From Elusimicrobiota bacterium (GTDB lineage Bacteria; Elusimicrobiota; Elusimicrobia; UBA1565; UBA9628), in the NCBI GenBank assembly GCA_027406905.1, contig DAHZHT010000005.1:50080-114079 (forward strand): a DNA stretch of 64,000 bases, written 5' to 3'. The translations under genes and the position numbers were made by a program. Below are positions 45,766 through 54,839 of this stretch, in pieces. How positions within the stretch are numbered: the stretch's first letter is position 1; every line of letters starts with the position of its first letter. Under the pieces are notes generated by a model that was given only the letters and a program-made list of their open reading frames with translations, searched no databases and was not told the DNA's origin.

Positions 45766-46974
45766 GTGCTTATTTTGGAATCGGTCGCTCTCGCTTTCGC
45801 GTTTCTTATGTCATTATTTACTTTTATGCGCTTGTTTTCCCGACATTCCAATCGTCAAACCACAGCAAAAAATAATTCCGCGGACGTTCTGGGTTGGGAA
45901 AAATTAGATCAGCTTTTGGATATGCTTTCAACTCTCCAAGAAGAAGGCGTCTCCTATTCGGGACTGGTTTCGAGAGAAGATTTCGGAAAAGCGGTTTTGA
46001 AAGCCTCCTGTCGGCTGATGAACTGCGAAAGAGGCTCCATCATGCTCTGGGAAGAAAGCGGCGGGCATCTCAAAATCGTCGCGGCCATTCCGGAGACGGG
46101 AAAACCCCAGACTCTTTTTCTTAAACCCGGAGAAGGAATCGCCGGAGAGGCGTTCTCGAAAGCTCAGACCATTTTCATCGAAGACCCTTCTTCCGACCCG
46201 CGATACCTGTCTTCCCAAAACCACGCTCATCCGTTTTTATCAATGCCGCTTTTAATTCAGTCAAAGCCGATAGGAGTTCTCAATCTTCATGCCACCGGAA
46301 ACGCGGCTCCTTTTAAAGACCATAACGCGAAATTTCTAAAGATTCTCGCTTCCGAAGCGGCCATCACATTCCACAATTTAGAACTCTTTGAGCGTTTGGA
46401 AACTTTTTATCTTGAAATGGTCAAGACTCTCGCCCGCGCGGTTGATTCCAAAGATCACTATACCCATGAGCACTCCGACCGGGCTTCCAGCAGGGCTAAA
46501 AGGCTGGCTAAGGCCCTTGATCTTGATCCGGTCTATGCCCGCTACGTCGAATATGCGGCGCTACTCCACGATATCGGGAAAATCGGCATTGATGAAGCCA
46601 TTCTCAACAAACCTGGGAAATTGACGGCGGAAGAATACGAAGAGATGAAAAAACATCCCTTGATCGGGCATCAAATATTGGCTCCGGTCAAGTTTTTAGG
46701 CCCGGTCGCGCAGATGGTTCTCCACCACCAAGAATGGTATGACGGACGCGGATATCCCAGCGGCCTTAAAGGAGAAAAAATACCGCTCGGCTCTCGCATT
46801 GTCGCCGTCATAGACGCTTGGGACGCCATGACCTCCGATCGCCCCTACCGAAAAGCCTTGGGACGGGAAAAAGCCATCGCGGAATTGCAAAAAGGGGCGG
46901 GAACGCAATTTGATCCCGCCGTGGTCGCGGCCTTTCTTAAAATAGAAGCCGAAGAAGGACTTGCCTTTAAGTAA
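45766..46974 (+). CDS. GAF-domain HD-GYP phosphodiesterase
   Basis: N-terminal TM helix, a GAF-like region, then HD-GYP motifs HSDRAS, HDIGKIGI and HHQEWYDGRGYP. Confidence 0.75.
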   Translation: MLILESVALAFAFLMSLFTFMRLFSRHSNRQTTAKNNSADVLGWEKLDQLLDMLSTLQEEGVSYSGLVSREDFGKAVLKASCRLMNCERGSIMLWEESGGHLKIVAAIPETGKPQTLFLKPGEGIAGEAFSKAQTIFIEDPSSDPRYLSSQNHAHPFLSMPLLIQSKPIGVLNLHATGNAAPFKDHNAKFLKILASEAAITFHNLELFERLETFYLEMVKTLARAVDSKDHYTHEHSDRASSRAKRLAKALDLDPVYARYVEYAALLHDIGKIGIDEAILNKPGKLTAEEYEEMKKHPLIGHQILAPVKFLGPVAQMVLHHQEWYDGRGYPSGLKGEKIPLGSRIVAVIDAWDAMTSDRPYRKALGREKAIAELQKGAGTQFDPAVVAAFLKIEAEEGLAFK

Positions 46975-47666
46975 TGCTGACTATCGTGCCTACCCCCATC
47001 GGGAATCTAGGCGATATGGGGACCCGCGCGCTTGAAGCACTCAAAAAAGCTTCTATCATTTATTGCGAAGACACCCGAAGAACGCGAATCCTTACTTCTT
47101 ATTTTGGAATTTCATCTCCGCTTAAACGATACGACGAATATAACCCCAAAATTTTAAGGCAAATGATCGATGAGCTCAAAAGCGGAAAACATCTCGCCTT
47201 GGTTTCTGACGGCGGCCTTCCAGGCATCTCCGACCCCGGGCACAAGATCGTGGCCTTGGCCCGAAGAGAAAAAATAGAAGTTTCGGCGATTCCCGGCCCC
47301 AGCGCGGTCGTAACGGCCCTGGCCGCTTCCGGCCTTCCCGCCGATTCTTTTATTTTTTTGGGTTTCTTACCCAGAGCCCCCGGAAAACGAAAGCGTATTT
47401 TGGAAAGTTTTGTCACTATTCAGAGAACCATCGTTATTTACGAATCTCCTTTCCGCGTCAAAAATCTGATGAGAGAGCTTTCGGATGTTTTTATTCCGAC
47501 GGCCCAGTGCGCGGTCGCCCGAGAAATTTCTAAAATACATGAGGAGTGGTTTTATGGGGCCCTCAGCGAGGTCTCAGACCAATTACAAGCGAGAGAAATA
47601 GTTCTTGGAGAGTTTGTCGTGATGATTCATCCCAAAGGAGACTTATTTCATGGGCCTCAAAGTTGA
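46974..47666 (+). CDS. rsmI: 16S rRNA (cytidine1402-2'-O)-methyltransferase RsmI
   Basis: Tetrapyrrole-methylase fold. IVPTPIGNLGDMG...IIYCEDTRRT. Confidence 0.85.
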   Translation: MLTIVPTPIGNLGDMGTRALEALKKASIIYCEDTRRTRILTSYFGISSPLKRYDEYNPKILRQMIDELKSGKHLALVSDGGLPGISDPGHKIVALARREKIEVSAIPGPSAVVTALAASGLPADSFIFLGFLPRAPGKRKRILESFVTIQRTIVIYESPFRVKNLMRELSDVFIPTAQCAVAREISKIHEEWFYGALSEVSDQLQAREIVLGEFVVMIHPKGDLFHGPQS

Positions 47667-48327
47667 TACGAAGATTTTTCATTTAGGGGATACCGGAAAG
47701 TTTCCGGAAGAATCCATTCAAACCTTGGCCGCAGCCGCAAAGGCCTGCCGAATCATCATCTTTCCGACCGACACCGTTTACGGCGTGGGCTCGACCGGCC
47801 TTATCAAGGCCGCTTCCCGACGCATTTATCAGATTAAAGCTCGCCCCAGCGTCAAGCCACTTCCGGTGTTAGTCTGGTCGGTTGAAGAAGCCAAAAAATG
47901 GGTTCAATGGACCGAACAGGCGGAGAAATTATCGAAAAAGTTTTGGCCCGGGGCTTTAACCTTGGTCTTAAAGCCCACGCAACAAGGAAAAATATTGACC
48001 TTTCCGGAATATCAGACGGTCGCCATTCGCGTTCCCAACCACCCTTTACTCGCCGAAATTATCAAGGCCTCGGGAGCGCCTTGGGTGTCAACTAGCGCCA
48101 ATATTTCCGGCTCCCCGGCGCTGTCTAAGGGAGAAGACGTGATTTCCACTTTCCGGGGAGTCGTCGATTATATCGTCGCGGCCGGAAATACCCCGGGCGG
48201 AGAATCCAGCGTCATTGACGCGACCGGAAAAACTATTCGCATTTTGAGGGAAGGAATAATTTCCGCATCTGAGGCTTTCGCCGTTTGCCCCCCAGAAACC
48301 GCCTCACAAGCTGGAGTTCAAAAATGA
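47650..48327 (+). CDS. tsaC: L-threonylcarbamoyladenylate synthase (YrdC/TsaC)
   Basis: [12 protein letters not shown] motif. About 225 aa, YrdC-like. Confidence 0.8.
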   Translation: MGLKVDTKIFHLGDTGKFPEESIQTLAAAAKACRIIIFPTDTVYGVGSTGLIKAASRRIYQIKARPSVKPLPVLVWSVEEAKKWVQWTEQAEKLSKKFWPGALTLVLKPTQQGKILTFPEYQTVAIRVPNHPLLAEIIKASGAPWVSTSANISGSPALSKGEDVISTFRGVVDYIVAAGNTPGGESSVIDATGKTIRILREGIISASEAFAVCPPETASQAGVQK

Positions 48328-49589
48328 GCTCTATTCTCGAAAGCCAAGACCCTGAAATTTACCGCGCCATCCGTCTTGAAAATGAAAGGCAAAGAGATAA
48401 TCTCGAACTCATCGCCTCCGAAAATTATGTCTCCCCTGCGGTCTTAGAAGCCCAAGGATCGATTCTAACCAATAAATACGCCGAGGGATATCCGGGAAAA
48501 CGCTATTACGGCGGCTGTGAATTCGTGGATATCGCGGAAAAACTGGCGATTGAACGGGCGCAAACCCTTTTTCACGCCGAGCACGCCAACGTTCAGCCCC
48601 ATTCAGGAACCCAGGCCAATATGGCGGTCTATCTTTCGGTTCTAAAGCCCGGAGACGCGGTCATGGGTCTCAACCTGGCCCACGGGGGACATCTCTCCCA
48701 CGGACATCCCCTCAATTTCTCGGGAAAATATTTCAATATCATTCCCATTAACGTATCGAGGGAAACCGAGCTGATTGATTATGACGAAGCTGAGCGTTCG
48801 GCCTTGGAACACAAGCCGCGCTTGATTTTTGCCGGAGCCTCGAACTATTCCCGTCAATTCGACTGGACGCGCCTTAAAAAGATCGCGGACTCCGTGGGAG
48901 CTTTTTTTGCCGCCGATGTCGCCCATTACGCGGGGCTTATCGCCGCAGGAATCTATCCCTCTCCCGTGCCCTTGGCGGATTTTGTCACCTCGACAACCCA
49001 TAAAACCCTCCGCGGACCCAGAGGCGGGCTCATTCTTTCCAAATCCGCCCATCAAGCGAATCTCGACAAAATCATGTTTCCGGGAATTCAAGGCGGACCC
49101 TTGATGCATATTATCGCGGCCAAGGCCGTCTGCTTTGGAGAAGCCCTCAAGCCGGAATTTCGACAATACCAGGCCCAAATCTTAGCCAATGCCCGCAAAC
49201 TGGCGGAGGAACTAAAATCGAAGGGCTTCCGGATCGTCGCGGGTGGCACCGACTGCCATTTATTTTCCGTCGACCTTCGAGCCAAGAATATCACTGGAAA
49301 AGAAGCCGAAGAGGCTTTGGATAAAGCCGGAATTACCGTCAATAAAAATTCAATCCCCTATGATCCGCAAAAGCCTTTTATCGCCTCCGGAATCCGTATT
49401 GGAACTCCGGCCATCACGACTCGCGGGATGAAAGAAAACGAGATGACCCATATCGCAAGCCTCATTGATGAAGCTTTGTTAAAATCCAAGGATGAAGCCA
49501 GACTTCAAGCGATTAGGGGCGAGGTTAAAAAACTCTGTTCTCGCTTTCCGGTTCCGACGCAGGAAAATTTAAAAGTCGCCGCTATTTAA
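48324..49589 (+). CDS. glyA: serine hydroxymethyltransferase
   Basis: [15 protein letters not shown]-Lys motif. Full-length colinearity with GlyA. Start moved to the internal ATG at 48324. Confidence 0.95.
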   Translation: MSSILESQDPEIYRAIRLENERQRDNLELIASENYVSPAVLEAQGSILTNKYAEGYPGKRYYGGCEFVDIAEKLAIERAQTLFHAEHANVQPHSGTQANMAVYLSVLKPGDAVMGLNLAHGGHLSHGHPLNFSGKYFNIIPINVSRETELIDYDEAERSALEHKPRLIFAGASNYSRQFDWTRLKKIADSVGAFFAADVAHYAGLIAAGIYPSPVPLADFVTSTTHKTLRGPRGGLILSKSAHQANLDKIMFPGIQGGPLMHIIAAKAVCFGEALKPEFRQYQAQILANARKLAEELKSKGFRIVAGGTDCHLFSVDLRAKNITGKEAEEALDKAGITVNKNSIPYDPQKPFIASGIRIGTPAITTRGMKENEMTHIASLIDEALLKSKDEARLQAIRGEVKKLCSRFPVPTQENLKVAAI

Positions 49590-49615
49590 TAAAATAAACA
49601 AGTAAAGGAAATCTC

Positions 49616-50491
49616 ATGAAATCATCTTCTAACAAAAAAGCTAAGGTAGGAATTATCGGGGGAAGCGGCCTTTATGATATGGACGGATTCTCCAACAAGC
49701 GCCTGCTTAAGATAAAAACCCCTTTTGGGGAGCCTTCCGCTCCCTTGATTTTAGGCGAGATTTCCGGAGTTCCCTGCGCTTTTTTGGCGCGGCACGGAAA
49801 TGGACACACCGTTTTGCCGCAAGAAATCAATGTGCGGGCCAATATCTGGGCGCTTAAATCGGTCGGCGTTGAACGATTGATCGGGATCACCGCAGTCGGA
49901 TCTTTAAAAGAAGAAATCGCTCCGCGGCATTTCGTTTTTCCAGACCAGATTTTTGATCTGACCCATGGCCGCGCCGCCACTTTCTTTGGAAACGGAATCG
50001 TCGCCCACACGGCTTTTCACACCCCGTTTTGCCTCGATCAATCAAAAATTCTTTTTGAAAAATCAAAAGCCCTGGGAGTTTCGACTCATCAAGGAGGAAC
50101 CTACCTCTGCATGCAGGGGCCTCTTTTTTCGACCAAGGCCGAATCACGTTTCTACAAGGGTCTCGGATTCTCCGTCATCGGCATGACGGCCGCAACCGAG
50201 GCAAAACTCGCCAGAGAAGCAGAACTGTGTTATTCCCTAATCAGCCTGGTCACCGATTATGATTGTTGGAAAGACGGAGAAGAAGTTTCCGCCGACATCG
50301 TGACCTCCGTCATGCATGACAATTCCAAGAACGCTCAAAAGCTTCTTATTTCGGCTATCTCCGATATCGCCAAGCGCGATCCCCAATGCTCTTGCCCCCA
50401 AGCCATGAAACACTCAATTGTCACCGCTCCAAAAGCCATTAAGCCTTCGGCGAAAAAGAAACTGTCCTTGATTATTGGGAAATATATTTAA
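49616..50491 (+). CDS. mtnP: S-methyl-5'-thioadenosine phosphorylase / PNP-family
   Basis: VGIIGGSGLY...ARHGNGH...VIGMTAATEAKLAREAE. Confidence 0.85.
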   Translation: MKSSSNKKAKVGIIGGSGLYDMDGFSNKRLLKIKTPFGEPSAPLILGEISGVPCAFLARHGNGHTVLPQEINVRANIWALKSVGVERLIGITAVGSLKEEIAPRHFVFPDQIFDLTHGRAATFFGNGIVAHTAFHTPFCLDQSKILFEKSKALGVSTHQGGTYLCMQGPLFSTKAESRFYKGLGFSVIGMTAATEAKLAREAELCYSLISLVTDYDCWKDGEEVSADIVTSVMHDNSKNAQKLLISAISDIAKRDPQCSCPQAMKHSIVTAPKAIKPSAKKKLSLIIGKYI

Positions 50492-50922
50492 TGCCTCAAG
50501 GCCGCAAGACGCTAAGCCGAGCTCAAAAAAATAAGCTCATTGAGCTTTCCCTCAAAGCGCGCAAAAGCGCCTATTGTCCCTATTCCCATTATGCAGTCGG
50601 CGCGGCGGTTTTAACCTCCTCCGGAAAAATTTATTCCGGATGCAATGTCGAAAATTCTTCTTATGGTCTGAGTATCTGCGCGGAAAGAAACGCCATTTTT
50701 AACGCCGTCGCTTGCGGAGATAAAAAAATAACCGCTCTCTGTGTTGCGACCAAATCGCCCAAACCCTGCGGGGCTTGCCGCCAGGTACTCATGGAGTTTG
50801 CCGGGCACGCGAGCCCGGTTTTATTAGTGGATGTCTCTCTAAAAGACCCCTTCTCCAACGTGTTAGAAACGACCGCCGCCCATTTGTTGCCTTGGGCCTT
50901 TGTCTTTCACCAGAGAAAATAA
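50491..50922 (+). CDS. cdd: cytidine deaminase
   Basis: CAERNAI and PCGACRQ zinc-ligand motifs. Confidence 0.85.
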   Translation: MPQGRKTLSRAQKNKLIELSLKARKSAYCPYSHYAVGAAVLTSSGKIYSGCNVENSSYGLSICAERNAIFNAVACGDKKITALCVATKSPKPCGACRQVLMEFAGHASPVLLVDVSLKDPFSNVLETTAAHLLPWAFVFHQRK

Positions 50923-50990
50923 AACCCAAAATCCAGCCCCCTGATTTTTAAAATTGCTAGAATGAGCATGGGCGTCTCAAGGAAACAATC

Positions 50991-51383
50991 ATGAAAACAG
51001 AAGAGATTAAAGAGATTCTTAATTGGGTCAAAAGCACGGATTTAACTCAGGTCTCCCTTAAAGAAAAGGGCTCCGGGTTTGGGTTTTCGACTTCAGAACA
51101 TGCCGATGAATCCTTCGCGGAAATGCCCGCTCCTCGCTATCAATGCGTATCGGCCCCGGCGATAGGAACTTTTCATTGGTCTCAGCCAGGGCGTCCGCAA
51201 AAAGTAGAGGAAGGAATTTCTCTTCCCGCGGAAGAAGCGCTCGGGTATATCGAAACCTTGCCGGGAAAAACCGTTCCGGTTAAAACCCCCTCCTCCGGCA
51301 AAGTGGCTCGCATCTTAGTTGAAGAATCAAGCCCCGTCGCTTACGGACAAGCCTTGATTTTTATCGAGCCAGACGGAAAATAA
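50991..51383 (+). CDS. accB: biotin carboxyl carrier protein-like (AccB) with non-canonical biotinylation hairpin
   Basis: AccB-like N-terminus. C-terminal biotinyl-domain fold ends in ...SSGKVARILVEESSPVAYGQALIFIE, but E-A-M-K-M is replaced by IETLPGKT. Sits immediately upstream of accC. Confidence 0.7.
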   Translation: MKTEEIKEILNWVKSTDLTQVSLKEKGSGFGFSTSEHADESFAEMPAPRYQCVSAPAIGTFHWSQPGRPQKVEEGISLPAEEALGYIETLPGKTVPVKTPSSGKVARILVEESSPVAYGQALIFIEPDGK

Positions 51384-51385
51384 TC

Positions 51386-52735
51386 GTGTTTAAAAAAATT
51401 TTGATCGCCAATAGAGGCGAAATAGCTCTTCGCGTCATTCGCGCCTGTCGCGAAATGGGCATCCAATCGGTCGCCGTTTACTCCGAAGCCGATCGCGAAT
51501 CCATGCATGTCCGGATGGCCGATGAGGCTTATTGCATTGGCCCGGCCCCAGCCAAACAGAGCTATCTTAATTTTGAAGCTATTTTAACGGCGGCGCGCAT
51601 TAGCCAAGCCGAAGCCATTCACCCCGGGTATGGGTTTCTTTCTGAAAATGCCGATTTTGCCGAGGTCTGCGGCGCAAACGGAATTGTTTTTATCGGTCCC
51701 TCGGCTTCCGCTATCCGAAAGCTCGGCTATAAAAGCGCCGCTAAAGCCTTGGCCCGAGAAGCGAGCGTTCCGGTCGTCCCGGGAACCCAGGGCCTCGTTG
51801 ATGAACATTTCATGAAGGAAGCTCAGGCCGTGGGTTTTCCGGTCATGGTCAAAGCCGCCTCTGGCGGCGGCGGCAAAGGGCTCAGGCTTGTCCGCGATCC
51901 CAAAGATTTAGAAGCGCAGCTCAAACTCGCTCAAAGCGAGGCCCAAGCCGCTTTTGGAGACGGCTCCGTTTATATCGAGAAATTTATCGAACGCCCACGG
52001 CACGTGGAAATTCAAATCGCCGCCGATAATTTCGGAAACGTCGTCGCTTTCCCTGAAAGAGACTGCACCGTTCAAAGGCGGCATCAAAAATTAATCGAGG
52101 AATCGCCTTCCCCTAAGGTCACTCCCGAAATCCGCGCGAAAATGCAGGAAGCCGCGCGGAAATTGGCCCTGACCGCGAAGTATTCCAATGTCGGCACCGT
52201 CGAATTTTTGCTAGACCCAAACGGCAATTTCTATTTTATCGAGGTCAATACCCGGCTTCAAGTCGAACATCCGGTCACCGAATCCGTCACCGGTCTTGAT
52301 CTCGTCAACACCCAAATTCGCCTAGCCGCAGGCGAAAAGCTTCCGTTTGACCAAGCGCGAGCCTCTGAAATTCATTTTCATTCCATAGAGCACCGAATCA
52401 ACGCCGAGGACCCGGACAATAATTTTGCGCCGTCTCCGGGAAAAATTTCGGAAGTCATTTTTCCGGGCGGCTGCGGAGTGCGTCTTGACACTCATATTTA
52501 TTCGGGATACACCGTCCCCAGTTTTTACGACAGCCTTATCGCCAAACTCATCGTTTTTTCTTCCGACAGAAATAACGCCGTCAAAAGAAGTCTTCGCGCT
52601 CTGTCGGAGCTTCAGACCCCGGGAGTTAAGACGACCAGGGATTTCCATAAAAAAGTCCTTTCCCACCAAGATTTTATCTCCGGAGATTTTGACACTTCCT
52701 TTGTTGAGAAATATTTCCTTCCCGCCAACCATTAA
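51386..52735 (+). CDS. accC: biotin carboxylase
   Basis: ATP-grasp motifs and full-length colinearity with AccC (MFKKILIANRGEIALRVIRAC...). Confidence 0.95.
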   Translation: MFKKILIANRGEIALRVIRACREMGIQSVAVYSEADRESMHVRMADEAYCIGPAPAKQSYLNFEAILTAARISQAEAIHPGYGFLSENADFAEVCGANGIVFIGPSASAIRKLGYKSAAKALAREASVPVVPGTQGLVDEHFMKEAQAVGFPVMVKAASGGGGKGLRLVRDPKDLEAQLKLAQSEAQAAFGDGSVYIEKFIERPRHVEIQIAADNFGNVVAFPERDCTVQRRHQKLIEESPSPKVTPEIRAKMQEAARKLALTAKYSNVGTVEFLLDPNGNFYFIEVNTRLQVEHPVTESVTGLDLVNTQIRLAAGEKLPFDQARASEIHFHSIEHRINAEDPDNNFAPSPGKISEVIFPGGCGVRLDTHIYSGYTVPSFYDSLIAKLIVFSSDRNNAVKRSLRALSELQTPGVKTTRDFHKKVLSHQDFISGDFDTSFVEKYFLPANH

Positions 52736-52775
52736 AAATCTGCGGGTTTATCTCTTTTTACTCGCTTTTTTTCTG

Positions 52776-53357
52776 ATGCCGAAAGCGACCCTGTCTTGCC
52801 CCAATCTAATAGATTGTTCCCCTCAAAGCCCGCGCATTAGCGGACCATGGGCTATTTTTACGACCCCTTATTTCCCGCTGGCGATGACGACTCTTACCGC
52901 CGGAAGCGCGATCTGGGATGGAGCCCAAACGCGCTTTGGAAAAACTCTTTGGCAAAGTCTTGATTCCGCCGTTATCGCCTCTGTTTCCAACACCGGAATG
53001 AAATATGCCTTCCAAAGGGCCCGGCCGACCCAGGACCTCGGAGCCAACGCCTGGTTTTCCGGGCCTCAGAGCCAAAGTTTTCCCTCCAGCGACGTGTCTA
53101 ACACTGCGGCCCTTGTCTCTCCTTTTATTTATGAATACGGATCGGATCATCCGATGGTGTATCTTTTGACTCTTTTGCCCGTGGCGGACGCGGCAGCCCG
53201 AGTAGAAGCGCGCGGGCATTACCCGACAGACACTATTGGCGGCATGGCCTTAGGTTTTGCCAGCGGCTGGGCGGCCAGGCATTTTTTCAAATCGCCGTTT
53301 ACCTTGCAGATTATTCCGGGGAGAGACTGGTCTGTTGGAATATCGCGAAAATTCTAA
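52776..53357 (+). CDS. PAP2-family phosphatase (lipid phosphate phosphatase-like)
   Basis: KYAFQRARP (KX6RP) and ARVEARGHYPTD (SRX5HX3D-like). Start moved from the ORF-track TTG at 52425, which overlaps accC, to the first internal ATG. That coordinate is plus or minus 1 nt. Confidence 0.6.
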   Translation: MPKATLSCPNLIDCSPQSPRISGPWAIFTTPYFPLAMTTLTAGSAIWDGAQTRFGKTLWQSLDSAVIASVSNTGMKYAFQRARPTQDLGANAWFSGPQSQSFPSSDVSNTAALVSPFIYEYGSDHPMVYLLTLLPVADAAARVEARGHYPTDTIGGMALGFASGWAARHFFKSPFTLQIIPGRDWSVGISRKF

Positions 53358-54040
53358 TTAGCGGAATCTTCTAGGACAAATTGAAAAGTCGTCCCGCCGC
53401 AAACGATAATATCTCCGTCCTTTAAGAGGGTAGCGGCGGTGATTTTCTCGCCATTGACAAGGGGATATCCGGAAACGACCGGAATTAAGACATACCCCTC
53501 GGGTTTGCGGTAAATAGAAGCGACCACCTCGGGAGCCGAGCCGAAAAACCCCGTTCCTTTAATGGGGATTTGAACGCGATCGGATTTGCCGATATAGGTT
53601 GAAAGTCCTTTAAGCTCGTAATCAGGCGGGCCCTCCAAGCCCTTTAACACCCGCAAGCGTCCGAGTTTGGACGGAGTTTTGGCCGACTGAGCCAGAATTT
53701 CGGATTGTTTCTCCGGAGTTAGGAAAACAGTTTTATCTCCCGCTGCGGGAGCGGGATCTCGGATAAAGACCAATGAGTGTTTGGCGATTCCAATAACGTC
53801 TTCATGATGAAGCCCGCATTTTTTAATTCGCTTTTCATTGACATAGGTTCCATTGGTCGAATCGAGGTCCTCGACATAATAGGTTTCTCCTTCCAGCGTA
53901 ATTTTACAGTGATTGGAAGAGATGGCGGGATTGTCAATGACAATATCGTTATTCGGGGCTCTCCCAACCAGGAGAGGGCCTTTATTTAAATTGATTTCCT
54001 TAAGCACCGCCACGTTAAACTTAAGAAGAAGCTTTGGCAT
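53354..54040 (-). CDS. tandem FHA-domain protein
   Basis: N-terminal FHA: LLVGRAPNNDIVIDNPAISSNHCKI...YVEDLDSTNGTYVN. A second, degenerate FHA-like domain lies in the C-terminal half. Confidence 0.75.
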   Translation of the reverse strand: MPKLLLKFNVAVLKEINLNKGPLLVGRAPNNDIVIDNPAISSNHCKITLEGETYYVEDLDSTNGTYVNEKRIKKCGLHHEDVIGIAKHSLVFIRDPAPAAGDKTVFLTPEKQSEILAQSAKTPSKLGRLRVLKGLEGPPDYELKGLSTYIGKSDRVQIPIKGTGFFGSAPEVVASIYRKPEGYVLIPVVSGYPLVNGEKITAATLLKDGDIIVCGGTTFQFVLEDSAN

Positions 54041-54839
54041 TCTTTCCTTTAAGGATCGATTTCATTTTAGACCACGAAGCCCCCAAGGCCGATTTTTCTC
54101 CGCCTTGTTCCACTCGGGCGACTACAACCGTGATATTATCAATTCCACCGGCTCCATTCGCTTCCGAAACCAAATTCGCGGCCATATTTTTAACGTCTTC
54201 TTGGCGCGATAAAATTTCTTGGATACGAAAATCCGCGACCATTTTAGTGAGCCCATCAGAAGCCAGTAAAATGATGTCCCTATAAAAGAGAGGGTGCGTG
54301 GAAACATCGACTTCCACATCCGGGTTAGAGCCCACCGCGCGAGTTAAAAGATTTTGAAGTTCTGAAGTTGCGGCTTCTTCTTCACGGAGAAGACCTCTTC
54401 TGATTTGTTCCCGGACGACGGAGTGATCTTCGGTCAGGCAGGATAACACGCCTTGCCTTAAAATATATCCGCGGCTGTCTCCCACATGCGCGATGGTCAA
54501 GGTCTTCCCATCGCCGCAAGCGCACACAAGAGTGGTTCCCATTCCGGCATCCTTGCTCATCAAGCGCCCTTTTTCATAGACAAGTCTGTTGGCCGCTTTA
54601 ACCGCAGCCTCTAAATCGGCGGCGGAAACCCGGTATTCATCATCAGAACATTTCTGTATCAAAAAATCTTTTACTAAAGAAACCGCCAAAGAGCTTGCCA
54701 CCTCTCCGGAATTGTGCCCACCCATCCCGTCGGCGACGATAAAAATACCTTTATTGCCGTCGAAGAAAAATGAGTCCTCGTTATTATTTCTTACCCGTCC
54801 AATATCTGTCAGCCCCGCCGCTTGAAAAAGAGGCTTCAT
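54021..54839 (-). CDS. PP2C-family Ser/Thr phosphatase
   Basis: GLTDIGRVRNNNED, IVADGMGGHNSGEVAS, DGLT. Confidence 0.85.
   Translation of the reverse strand: MKPLFQAAGLTDIGRVRNNNEDSFFFDGNKGIFIVADGMGGHNSGEVASSLAVSLVKDFLIQKCSDDEYRVSAADLEAAVKAANRLVYEKGRLMSKDAGMGTTLVCACGDGKTLTIAHVGDSRGYILRQGVLSCLTEDHSVVREQIRRGLLREEEAATSELQNLLTRAVGSNPDVEVDVSTHPLFYRDIILLASDGLTKMVADFRIQEILSRQEDVKNMAANLVSEANGAGGIDNITVVVARVEQGGEKSALGASWSKMKSILKGKNAKASS

Noticed and set aside
52425-52775. TTG-initiated 5' extension of the PAP2 ORF overlapping the last 310 nt of accC
   Set aside because: The overlap is with the well-conserved C-terminus of biotin carboxylase. PAP2 motifs start only after the internal ATG at about 52776. 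The extension is treated as an ORF-caller artefact.
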